Positions 27,100-34,355 of a stretch of DNA of 34,355 bases are shown here, in pieces. The stretch comes from an uncultured Bacilli bacterium. GTDB lineage: Bacteria; Bacillota_I; Bacilli_A; RF39; UBA660. The position numbers and the translations under genes are program-made. The stretch covers positions 1 through 34,355 of the forward strand of contig CALVVV010000002.1 of NCBI GenBank assembly GCA_944363995.1, given 5' to 3'. Position 1 is the first letter of the stretch. Each line of letters starts with the position of its first letter. The notes below the pieces were generated by a model. It did not search any database and was not told where the DNA came from. It saw nothing but the letters and a program-made list of their open reading frames with translations.

Positions 27100-27738
27100 A
27101 TGAAAAAAACTGTACCTTTAAAAAAGGATATTACTTTTAAAACAAACGTTGCTGAAATAACAAGTATTGCTTTGGATCATGAACTTAATTTAGAAAATAG
27201 AAACATTAAGGGTAATTTAATTATAAGTGGTAGTTATAAAATAAATGATATTAGTGTTAACACAGAAGAATTTAAATATAATATACCTGTCAACATAGAA
27301 ATGAGTGAAAGATATAATTTAGAAGATTTAAAAATAACAGTAGATGATTTTTATTATGAAATAATTAATGATAATTTGCTGAACATTAATGTTGAAATAG
27401 GATTAGATAATTTAAAAGAAGAAGAAACATTACCACCTTTTAAATATGAAGAGGAAAAAGTAATGCCTGTTATAAAAGAAGAAAAATCACAAGTAAAAGA
27501 AAATCACAATAATGAACGATTGAATACCGAAGATGTTAAATCTTTATTTGACAACTTTGATGATAATAATGAAACATATGCAACTTATAAAGTTTGTATT
27601 GTAAAAGAAAATGATACATTAGAAAGTATAATTCTAAAATATAATATTAGTAGAGAATTGATTGAACAATATAATGATGTAAGTGAACTTAAAATAGGAG
27701 ATAAATTAATTATTCCAGCTGTTCATGAAACAAATTAA
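27100..27738 (+). CDS. spoVID: SpoVID-like spore coat morphogenetic protein (SpoVID-N-like domain plus C-terminal LysM)
   Basis: The N-terminus (ITSIALDHELNLENRNIKGNLIISGSY...NIPVNIE...VDDFYYEI...LNINVEIGLDNL) follows the pattern I recall for the B. subtilis SpoVID N-domain. The C-terminal YKVCIVKENDTLESIILKYNIS...IGDKLIIP is a LysM domain. Confidence 0.6.
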   Translation: MKKTVPLKKDITFKTNVAEITSIALDHELNLENRNIKGNLIISGSYKINDISVNTEEFKYNIPVNIEMSERYNLEDLKITVDDFYYEIINDNLLNINVEIGLDNLKEEETLPPFKYEEEKVMPVIKEEKSQVKENHNNERLNTEDVKSLFDNFDDNNETYATYKVCIVKENDTLESIILKYNISRELIEQYNDVSELKIGDKLIIPAVHETN

Positions 27739-28612
27739 TGAAATCTTAAAAAAACATCAATTAAAACCCCATCGCTATTTAAATAATGGTAAAGTAACCA
27801 TCGTTGATACAGAGATGGGGCGTTTTGTTATAAAAAAAAATAATAAAGATAAAAAAATTTTCGACTATTTAAAGTCACGTAGTTTCAATTATTATCCTAA
27901 ATCTTTAAATGAAGATGAAGAATATGAAATAATAGAATATATAGAAGATATTGATTACCCTAATGAACAAAAAATGTTAGATTTAATTAATTTAATAAGT
28001 TTACTGCATAATAAAACAACGCATTATAAAGAAATTGATTTTGATGACTATAAACAAATATATGAGGATATAAAAAATAATATTGATTATTTGAATAGTT
28101 ATTATAATGATTTAATTACTTTAATTGGCACTCATGTATATATGAGTCCTAGTGAATATTTGTTAGCACGTAATATAACTAGAATTTTTAATGCACTTAA
28201 TTTTTGTAATCAAGAAATTGATAATTGGTATGAATTAGTTAAAGAAAAAACCAAACAACGTGTGGTTGTTCTTCATAATAATTTAGATTTAAGCCATTTT
28301 TTTAAAAATGAAAATAGTTATTTAATTAGCTGGGATAAAGCAAAAATAGGAATACCGATTTTTGATATATATATATTATATAAAAGACATGGGTTAGAGT
28401 ACAATTTTGAAGATATTTTGAAACATTACGAACAAAGTTATCCATTACAAAAAGATGAAAGAAAATTATTATTCATTTTAATCGCTTTACCACCCAAGTT
28501 AGAATTTGATAAAAATATTTATCAAATGACAAAAGAAATTAGTCAAACGTACGACCTATTATATAAAACAGAAAATTTGATTTCACCATATTATACGGAA
28601 CAAAGAATATAA
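27725..28612 (+). CDS. ysxE: YsxE/CotS-family spore coat protein (kinase-like fold)
   Basis: APH/CotS-like core (VVVLHNNLDLSHFF...LISWDKAKIGIPIFDI). It lies directly downstream of, and overlaps, the spoVID-like gene, as in the B. subtilis spoVID-ysxE operon. Confidence 0.6.
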   Translation: MKQINEILKKHQLKPHRYLNNGKVTIVDTEMGRFVIKKNNKDKKIFDYLKSRSFNYYPKSLNEDEEYEIIEYIEDIDYPNEQKMLDLINLISLLHNKTTHYKEIDFDDYKQIYEDIKNNIDYLNSYYNDLITLIGTHVYMSPSEYLLARNITRIFNALNFCNQEIDNWYELVKEKTKQRVVVLHNNLDLSHFFKNENSYLISWDKAKIGIPIFDIYILYKRHGLEYNFEDILKHYEQSYPLQKDERKLLFILIALPPKLEFDKNIYQMTKEISQTYDLLYKTENLISPYYTEQRI

Positions 28613-28753
28613 AATTAGTAACCATAATATAAATAATAAAATTAAATTAAATCTAGTAATAATAAAAAAAGTAATAAAAACTTGCCAGCAAAAAACAATA
28701 ATTAATGCTAATAAACACAAACACCAAGTATTTCGTGACCATCTATGAAACAT
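28583..28753 (-). CDS. Possible 56-aa two-TM membrane peptide (absent from the ORF track)
   Basis: MFHRWSRNTWCLCLLALIIVFCWQVFITFFIITRFNLILLFILWLLILYSLFRIIW. SD TAGGTGAT lies 5 nt before the ATG. It overlaps the ysxE-like 3' end by 30 nt. Hydrophobic ORFs can arise by chance on the T-rich strand. Confidence 0.3.
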   Translation of the reverse strand: MFHRWSRNTWCLCLLALIIVFCWQVFITFFIITRFNLILLFILWLLILYSLFRIIW

Positions 28754-28825
28754 ATATATCACCTATTATCATTTTATGTATTTATAAAAATAACGATTGG
28801 GTGTATAATATATAAAGGTGGTAAA

Positions 28826-30052
28826 ATGAAAAGAAAATTAAAAATTAAACGTATAATTATTTTAATTTTTGTCTTAGTTATTATTTTAGCTCTTATTTGT
28901 TTATTAAATCATAAAAAAGAAAAAGTAAATAATTTAATGATTGACTTAACTAATAAAACAATAGCAGATGCTCAAAAATATGCTTCGGAAAATAAATTGA
29001 ATTTAAAAATTGAAGAACAAAATAATAATTATGAAAAAGATAAAATATTTAAACAAAGTATTGAAGTAAATAGTGAAATAAAGGAAAATGATGATCTGAT
29101 TATTTATATTTCCAAAGGAATTGATTATGAAGAATTAAAAGTTGATGAATCAGGAAATGTTCCAATTATGATGTATCATGGAATTCACAATATTACTGAT
29201 AATGAATATATTGGTGGAAATGTCGATAAAGATGGTTATCAAAGAACGGCAGAAGCATTTAAAAAAGATTTAGAATTTTACTATAATTCTGGTTATCGAA
29301 TGATAAGATTAAACGATTATGTTAATGGAATAATTGATGTAGAAGCAGGGTATAGCCCTATTATAATTACTTTTGATGATGGATTATCTAATAATATAAA
29401 AGTAACTGGTTTAGATGAAAATGGTAATATAATAATTGATCCTAATTGTGCAATTGGTATTTTAGAATCATTCAAACAAAAGTATCCTGATTTCAATGTA
29501 ACAGCAACTTTTTTTGTTAATGGTGGTTTGTTTAATCAAAGTGAATATAATGAAAAAATTTTAAATTGGTTAATTGATAATGGATATGACATTGGTAATC
29601 ATAGTTATTCACATGCTGATTTTACTAGTATTTCTAAAGAAAAATCTGTTCAAGAAATTGGAAGTGTTTATAATTTATTAGATAAATATATACCTGGGAA
29701 ATATGTTAATATAGTAGCTTTACCATTTGGTTCACCATATGATAAAAGCCATACTAATTTTAGTTCTATTTTAAAAGGTATTTATAATGATAAAGAATAT
29801 AATACAATAGCTACTTTAAGAGTTGGGTGGGAAGCGGAATATTCGCCCTTTAATAAATTATTTGATAAAACATTTTTAAAAAGAATTCGAGCTTATGATA
29901 ATAATGGTAAAGATTTTGATATTGAAATGAATTTTAAAATATTAGAAAATAATCGCTTTATATCTGATGGTGATAAAAATACAATTACAATTCCAAAAGA
30001 TAAAGAAACTTTAATTAACAATATATATGATTTAAATATAGAAACTTATTGA
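28826..30052 (+). CDS. Membrane-anchored PASTA-domain polysaccharide deacetylase (intact NodB domain)
   Basis: SD AAAGGTGG lies before ATG 28826. Features are a TM helix, a PASTA-like segment (...KIFKQSIEVNSEIKENDDLIIYISKG), and the NodB motifs ITFDDG and GNHSYSH. Confidence 0.8.
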   Translation: MKRKLKIKRIIILIFVLVIILALICLLNHKKEKVNNLMIDLTNKTIADAQKYASENKLNLKIEEQNNNYEKDKIFKQSIEVNSEIKENDDLIIYISKGIDYEELKVDESGNVPIMMYHGIHNITDNEYIGGNVDKDGYQRTAEAFKKDLEFYYNSGYRMIRLNDYVNGIIDVEAGYSPIIITFDDGLSNNIKVTGLDENGNIIIDPNCAIGILESFKQKYPDFNVTATFFVNGGLFNQSEYNEKILNWLIDNGYDIGNHSYSHADFTSISKEKSVQEIGSVYNLLDKYIPGKYVNIVALPFGSPYDKSHTNFSSILKGIYNDKEYNTIATLRVGWEAEYSPFNKLFDKTFLKRIRAYDNNGKDFDIEMNFKILENNRFISDGDKNTITIPKDKETLINNIYDLNIETY

Positions 30053-30076
30053 CAAATATATAAAAAATGTTAAAAT
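30049..30076 (+). promoter_or_regulatory. Promoter of the T-box operon (TTGACA - 16 nt - TGtTAAAAT)
   Basis: The -35 overlaps the deacetylase stop codon. An extended -10 is present. Confidence 0.5.
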
Positions 30077-30089
30077 ATAATTAAATACT

Positions 30090-30283
30090 TTGATTAGGAC
30101 ATGGCTTTTAAGATTCTTTTTTAAGCGAGCTAGCGATAGTGTGAGGTTAGTAAAAAGCATTAAAAGTTACTACCTATGAGTAGAACTCGAAAGAGATTTC
30201 CGGTTAATACCGTTATTTTAATTAAGTTTCAAGTAGGATGGTACCGTGTAATTAAGCACTCCTTTTTAAAGGGGTGTTTTTGT
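30090..30283 (+). promoter_or_regulatory. T-box riboswitch leader, threonine specifier
   Basis: The T-box sequence AGTAGGATGGTACCGTG lies at 30232-30248. The terminator CACTCCTT-ttta-AAGGGGTG (30257-30276) is followed by TTTTT. The alternative antiterminator pairing is AGGA...GTG with CAC-TCCT. Thr codons ACT and ACC lie at 30169-30174 in the stem I region. Confidence 0.85.
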
Positions 30284-30299
30284 ATTTAGGAGGATATTC

Positions 30300-30785
30300 A
30301 TGAATAAAAAAGATTTAAGTCGATTTGATAAAACTAAAGATACAATAAAAATGGAGAACTTTATTTGTCAATATTTAAACGATGGTATTTATATTGATTG
30401 TCGACGTTTAACTCATAAGCAGTTAAAGCTTTTTGATAATCCCTATGTTGTTTCAATCCCGTTTCAATTTGCAGCAGCCAATACAGAACTTATTTTGTCT
30501 AGCAAAATTTTATTGGTTTATGATAGTTGGGGGAATATTGCTCCTTATATTAATCCATTAGATTTAAAAAAAATTGAAAAACTAAATGAAATTGAACAAC
30601 AAATTGCAAATTTAAAAAAAACCAGTATTAATCAGTTATCTCAATTAGTAAATTTGTGGGGTAGAATGCAATTACTTTTGTATGAAAAAAATCAAATTGA
30701 AGAAACAATTGCTATTTTAAAAGAAATTGATAAATATTCAAAAATTGAACAATTAGGAGGGAAAAAATATGTTAAAAAATATTAA
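30300..30785 (+). CDS. Hypothetical protein, first gene of the T-box/thrS operon
   Basis: SD AGGAGGA lies 6 nt before the ATG. 161 aa with a coiled-coil C-terminal half. Its end overlaps the thrS start by 17 nt. Confidence 0.6.
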   Translation: MNKKDLSRFDKTKDTIKMENFICQYLNDGIYIDCRRLTHKQLKLFDNPYVVSIPFQFAAANTELILSSKILLVYDSWGNIAPYINPLDLKKIEKLNEIEQQIANLKKTSINQLSQLVNLWGRMQLLLYEKNQIEETIAILKEIDKYSKIEQLGGKKYVKKY

Positions 30786-32514
30786 AGAAGATAAAAGATT
30801 AAACATTGTAAACCATAGTTGTGCTCACCTTTTAGCCCAAGCTGTTAAACATTTATATCCCAATGCTTTATTTTGGGTAGGCCCAGTTATTGAAGAAGGA
30901 TTTTATTACGATATTGATTTAGGCGAATCTGTTATTAAAGAAGAAGATTTAGAAAAAATTGAGAAAGAAATGAAAAAAATTTCGAAAGATGGTAAAAGAA
31001 TTTATCGTGAAGAATTAAGTCGAGAAGAAGCATTAGAAAAATTTAAAAATGATCCATATAAAATTGATTTAATTAACAATATGAAAGATGATACGATTAT
31101 ATCTTGTTATACACAAGGAGATTTTACTGACCTTTGTCGTGGACCACATGTTGAATCTGTTAAAGAATTAAAATATTTTAAATTACTTAAAGTAAGTGGA
31201 GCTTATTTTAAAGGTGATTCTAAAAATAAAGCACTTCAAAGAATATATGGTATTTGTTATGAAACAGAACATGATTTGAAAGAACATTTACAATATTTAG
31301 AGGAAGCTAAATTAAGAGATCATCGAAAAATTGGTAAAGAACAAGAAATATATATGAATCATGAATTAGTTGGGGCGGGAATGCCTTTATGGTTACCTAA
31401 TGGAGCTATTATAAGAAAACAATTAGAAAACTATATTTATAATAAAGAAAAAAAATTGGGATATAATCACGTTTATACACCTTGTGTTGGAACTGTTAAT
31501 TTATATAAAACAAGTGGACATTGGGATCATTATAAAGAAAATATGTTTCCTATGATGAAAGTTGATGAAGAGGAATTTGTATTAAGACCAATGAATTGTC
31601 CACATCATATGTTAATATATAAAAATAAATTACATTCATATCGAGATTTACCAATTAGGATTGGAGAATTTGCTACGGACTTTAGATATGAAGCATCTGG
31701 AGCTGTAAAAGGATTAGAGCGTGTTAGATGCATGTGTCAAAATGATGCTCATTTATTTGTGACACCAGAACAAATTAAAGATGAATTTAAATCAGTTGTT
31801 AATTTAATATTAGATGTTTATAAAGATTTTGGTATTAAAGATTATAAATTTAGATTGTCTTTAAGAGATAAAGAAGATAAAGAAAAATATTTTGATGATG
31901 ATGAAATGTGGAATAATGCTGAAAGCAAATTAAGAGAAGTTCTGAATGAGTTAAAAATACCTTATTTTGAGGGGGTAGGAGAAGCTGCTTTTTATGGCCC
32001 TAAACTAGATGTTGAAGTAAAACCTGCTGTTGGCCCAGAAGTTACTTTATCAACTTGTCAATTAGATTTCTTATTGCCTAGAAGATTTGAACTAAATTAT
32101 ATTGATAATAAAGGTGAAAAACAAATACCTGTCGTAATTCATCGAGCTATTTTTGGAACATTTGATAGATTCACAGCATTTATATTAGAAGAAACTAAAG
32201 GAGCCTTGCCAACTTGGTTATCACCAGTTCAAATTAATATAATTCCAGTTAATAATGAATATCATTTGGAATACGCTAATAATTTATATTCAATGTTATT
32301 GGAAAATAATTTTAGAGTGGAATTAGATAATAGAGAAGAAAAATTAAGTTATAGAATGAGAGATAGTGTTATTAGAAAAATTCCTTATACATTGATATTA
32401 GGTCAAAAAGAAGTTGATAGCAATACAATTAGTTATAGAAAATATGGTAGTGAAGAAACTATTAATGTATCAATCGATGAATTTATTAATTTAATTAGAA
32501 AAGAGATCATTTGA
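30769..32514 (+). CDS. thrS: Threonyl-tRNA synthetase lacking the N-terminal TGS domain
   Basis: SD GGAGGG. The protein starts about 15 aa before the editing-site motif HSCAHLL. CRGPH, class II catalytic motifs and the anticodon-binding domain are present. 581 aa. Confidence 0.92.
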   Translation: MLKNIKEDKRLNIVNHSCAHLLAQAVKHLYPNALFWVGPVIEEGFYYDIDLGESVIKEEDLEKIEKEMKKISKDGKRIYREELSREEALEKFKNDPYKIDLINNMKDDTIISCYTQGDFTDLCRGPHVESVKELKYFKLLKVSGAYFKGDSKNKALQRIYGICYETEHDLKEHLQYLEEAKLRDHRKIGKEQEIYMNHELVGAGMPLWLPNGAIIRKQLENYIYNKEKKLGYNHVYTPCVGTVNLYKTSGHWDHYKENMFPMMKVDEEEFVLRPMNCPHHMLIYKNKLHSYRDLPIRIGEFATDFRYEASGAVKGLERVRCMCQNDAHLFVTPEQIKDEFKSVVNLILDVYKDFGIKDYKFRLSLRDKEDKEKYFDDDEMWNNAESKLREVLNELKIPYFEGVGEAAFYGPKLDVEVKPAVGPEVTLSTCQLDFLLPRRFELNYIDNKGEKQIPVVIHRAIFGTFDRFTAFILEETKGALPTWLSPVQINIIPVNNEYHLEYANNLYSMLLENNFRVELDNREEKLSYRMRDSVIRKIPYTLILGQKEVDSNTISYRKYGSEETINVSIDEFINLIRKEII

Positions 32515-32522
32515 TCTCTTTT
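32499..32522. terminator. Bidirectional hairpin containing the stop codons of both thrS and galU
   Basis: AAAAGAGATCA-tt-TGATCTCTTTT palindrome. The convergent CDS ends overlap by 8 nt. Confidence 0.55.
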
Positions 32523-33358
32523 AAAAATTGTTTTAAATCTTCTTTTAAATCTTCTCTATCTAAAGCATATGCGATATTTGCTTTTAAATAACCTAATTGA
32601 TTACCAATATCAAAGTATGTACCTTTAAATTTACAAGCGTAAAAATCTTGTTTCTTCATCAAATTTAACATGCCATCGGTAAATTGATATTCATTTCCTT
32701 TACCTTTTTCTAATTTATCTAATTCATCAAATATTTCTGGTTTTACAATGTATCTACCAAGTCCTGCAAAATTACTTGGTGCTTCATCGATAGAAGGTTT
32801 TTCAACAATACTTTTAATTTTGTCACCATTTTCAAAATCAATAATACCATATTTATAAACTAATTTTTTATCAACTTCTTGTACACCTATTACATTACAA
32901 TCATATTTTTCGTAAACATCAATTAATTGCTTTAAAACAGGAGTATTTGCTTTCATTAAATCATCGCCATATAAAACAGCAAATGGTTCGTTACCAATAA
33001 AAGATTTAGCTAATTTAATTGCATGACCACTACCTAATGGTTCACCTTGTCTTGTATAATATATCCTACACATTTTAGAAATATTTTTAACTATTTCTAA
33101 TTCTTTTAATTTGTTATTTCTTTCTAGTCTAGTTTCTAGTTCAAAACTTTGGTCAAAATGATCTTCAATATTTCTTTTATATGGACTTATAATAAATAAT
33201 ATTTCTTCAATTCCACTTTCCACACATTCTTCAACAATATATTGTAAAGTTGGCTTATCAATAATTGGTAGCATTTCTTTTGGAACTGACTTTGTTACTG
33301 GTAAAAATCTAGTTCCCATACCTGCTACTGGTATAACAGCTTTACGTATCTTTTTCAA
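32507..33358 (-). CDS. galU: UTP-glucose-1-phosphate uridylyltransferase
   Basis: KAVIPVAGMGTRFLPVTKSVPKEMLPI. TTG 33358 lies 5 nt after AAAGGTGA and gives the usual MKKIRKAVIP N-terminus. The track start at 33382 has no SD. Confidence 0.88.
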   Translation of the reverse strand: MKKIRKAVIPVAGMGTRFLPVTKSVPKEMLPIIDKPTLQYIVEECVESGIEEILFIISPYKRNIEDHFDQSFELETRLERNNKLKELEIVKNISKMCRIYYTRQGEPLGSGHAIKLAKSFIGNEPFAVLYGDDLMKANTPVLKQLIDVYEKYDCNVIGVQEVDKKLVYKYGIIDFENGDKIKSIVEKPSIDEAPSNFAGLGRYIVKPEIFDELDKLEKGKGNEYQFTDGMLNLMKKQDFYACKFKGTYFDIGNQLGYLKANIAYALDREDLKEDLKQFLKEIK

Positions 33359-33418
33359 AAATATCACCTTTCTTTTATCCATTATATCAAAAAAAATCTA
33401 AAAAATAAAGAAAAAGGG

Positions 33419-33447
33419 TTGAATATTAGATTAATATGTTGTATAAT
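33419..33447 (+). promoter_or_regulatory. tRNA-Arg(UCU) promoter (TTGAAT - 17 nt - TATAAT)
   Basis: Motif match 18 nt upstream of the tRNA. Confidence 0.5.
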
Positions 33448-33464
33448 TAATTCGTTCTTGTTTT

Positions 33465-33541
33465 GTCTCAGTAGCTCAGTTGGATAGAGCAATGCCCTTC
33501 TAAGGCAGCGGTCAGGGGTTCGAATCCCTTCTGGGACACCA
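33465..33541 (+). tRNA. tRNA-Arg (anticodon UCU), CCA encoded
   Basis: Cloverleaf with acceptor GTCTCAG/CTGGGAC, anticodon loop CTTCTAA and T-loop TTCGAAT. There is one A-G mismatch at the top of the anticodon stem. Confidence 0.88.
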
Positions 33542-33556
33542 TTAGATAAATAAAAG

Positions 33557-33578
33557 CCTTTAAAAATAAAGGTTTTTT
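33557..33578 (+). terminator. Terminator after tRNA-Arg(UCU)
   Basis: CCTTTA-aaaa-TAAAGG followed by TTTTTT. Confidence 0.5.
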
Positions 33579-33612
33579 ATTATATATTTTTAATTATACT
33601 CCCAAAAAACTC

Positions 33613-33885
33613 CTAAATAGCATATTTATCTATATCATTTTCTAAATTTCTTTTAGTTTTTCCGTAAAAAGTAGCGTAATATTTTTCAGTTGTTTTTGAA
33701 GAAGTGTGTCTTAATCTATCTTTAACTTCATCAATAGAATGATGGTACTTAGTAGGAATGTTCCATGAGAACTTCTTAAATCTTTAAATTTTGTATGTGG
33801 AATATTTGCTTTTTTTTGAAAATGATTTAATTGCTTTCTTAATGTTTTTGGACTAAATACTTTATTGTAATCATCTGTCTTTTTT
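33613..33885 (-). pseudogene. C-terminal remnant of a tyrosine recombinase (phage/island integrase), frameshifted and N-terminally truncated
   Basis: Minus-strand frames read ...VFSPKTLRKQLNHFQKKANIPHTKFKDLRSSHGTFLLS, then after a frameshift YHHSIDEVKDRLRHTSSKTTEKYYA...stop. These are box II and the catalytic Tyr region. The canonical HxLRH is degenerate (KDLRS). Confidence 0.6.
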
Positions 33886-34355
33886 CTTTTTCATACATAT
33901 TTGTGCTTTGTAATCTGAAAATATATTTTGCTCCTATTTTTTCTAAAAACCAAATCAAGTCAATTCCTGGATATCCTCGATCAAAGATTATTATACTTTT
34001 AGTTAAATCTATAATTTTTCCAGCTTCTGTTACATTCTTTTTTGCAAGATTTTTTTCTCCTTGTTCACAATCGGCTATTATAGCATCTATTATAAATTCA
34101 TTTTCAATATCATATATTCCTGACACCCTCGCCCTTGCTGATTCTCTATGTCCTGAATTGTTTTTTTGTGTTTTAAATATTTCTCTTAACTCTTTAGTAT
34201 TTGGAATTTTAAACATTGAACCATCTATTGCTAAAACATGATGTTCTTTATAAGTCTTTACTTCATCTTTTGAATTTGTATAAAAATCCCTTAAATAATC
34301 TTTATATAAATCTATAAATATTTCTGGTTTCAAATTTAATCTTTGTTTAGAAAAA
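33839..34355 (-). mobile_element. Truncated IS4-like DDE transposase fragment, running off the window end
   Basis: The HVLAIDGS and IIIFDRGYPG motifs supply the first two acidic residues of DDE. No third-motif region is present. The frame stays open to base 34355 and then reads into the integrase remnant before stopping. Confidence 0.55.

Noticed and set aside
6305-32514. Possibility of genetic code 4 (TGA read as Trp), given the very low GC and the Mollicutes-like short ThrRS.
   Set aside because: TGA terminates the radical SAM gene, mutM, the deacetylase, thrS, galU and yigZ at positions matching normal protein ends, and Trp is encoded by TGG. Standard code 11 fits.

Overview
Very AT-rich chromosomal segment, GC well under 35% outside a few islands. 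It uses the standard bacterial code: TGA closes several well-defined genes. It comes from a spore-forming Bacillota-type organism, as shown by RNase J/Y, a T-box leader and spoVID/ysxE-like coat genes. Most of the window is housekeeping: rpsB-tsf, dac-yigZ, a radical SAM gene with uvrC, polA, a CDF transporter, serS, murI-mutM, rnj, rny, lon, thrS and galU. Three tRNA genes each carry their own promoter and terminator. Accessory or unusual parts are listed here. (1) The left edge holds the 3' part of an FGE/C-type-lectin-fold protein. Its last ~50 codons switch abruptly to A-poor, GC-rich, NNC-type codons, which is the signature of a diversity-generating-retroelement (DGR) variable region. No template repeat or RT is visible in the window. 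A ~0.9 kb non-coding gap with GC-rich hairpins follows. (2) An XRE plus Bro-N/DinD-like gene pair sits between two tRNA genes. Next to it is an AAA-ATPase/DUF4143-like gene preceded by three 23-bp-phased direct repeats. (3) A sporulation neighbourhood contains a Tyr/Pro-rich mini-protein, a degenerate NodB protein, lon, an orphan ORF, a mini SpoVID-like LysM protein, a YsxE/CotS-like protein and a PASTA-NodB deacetylase. (4) A Thr T-box leader drives an unknown 161-aa ORF that is translationally coupled to a thrS lacking the N-terminal TGS domain. (5) The right edge holds a decayed integrase and a truncated IS4-like transposase next to tRNA-Arg(UCU). All coordinates of hairpins, promoters and tRNAs were derived by hand from the sequence. 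No database search was possible.
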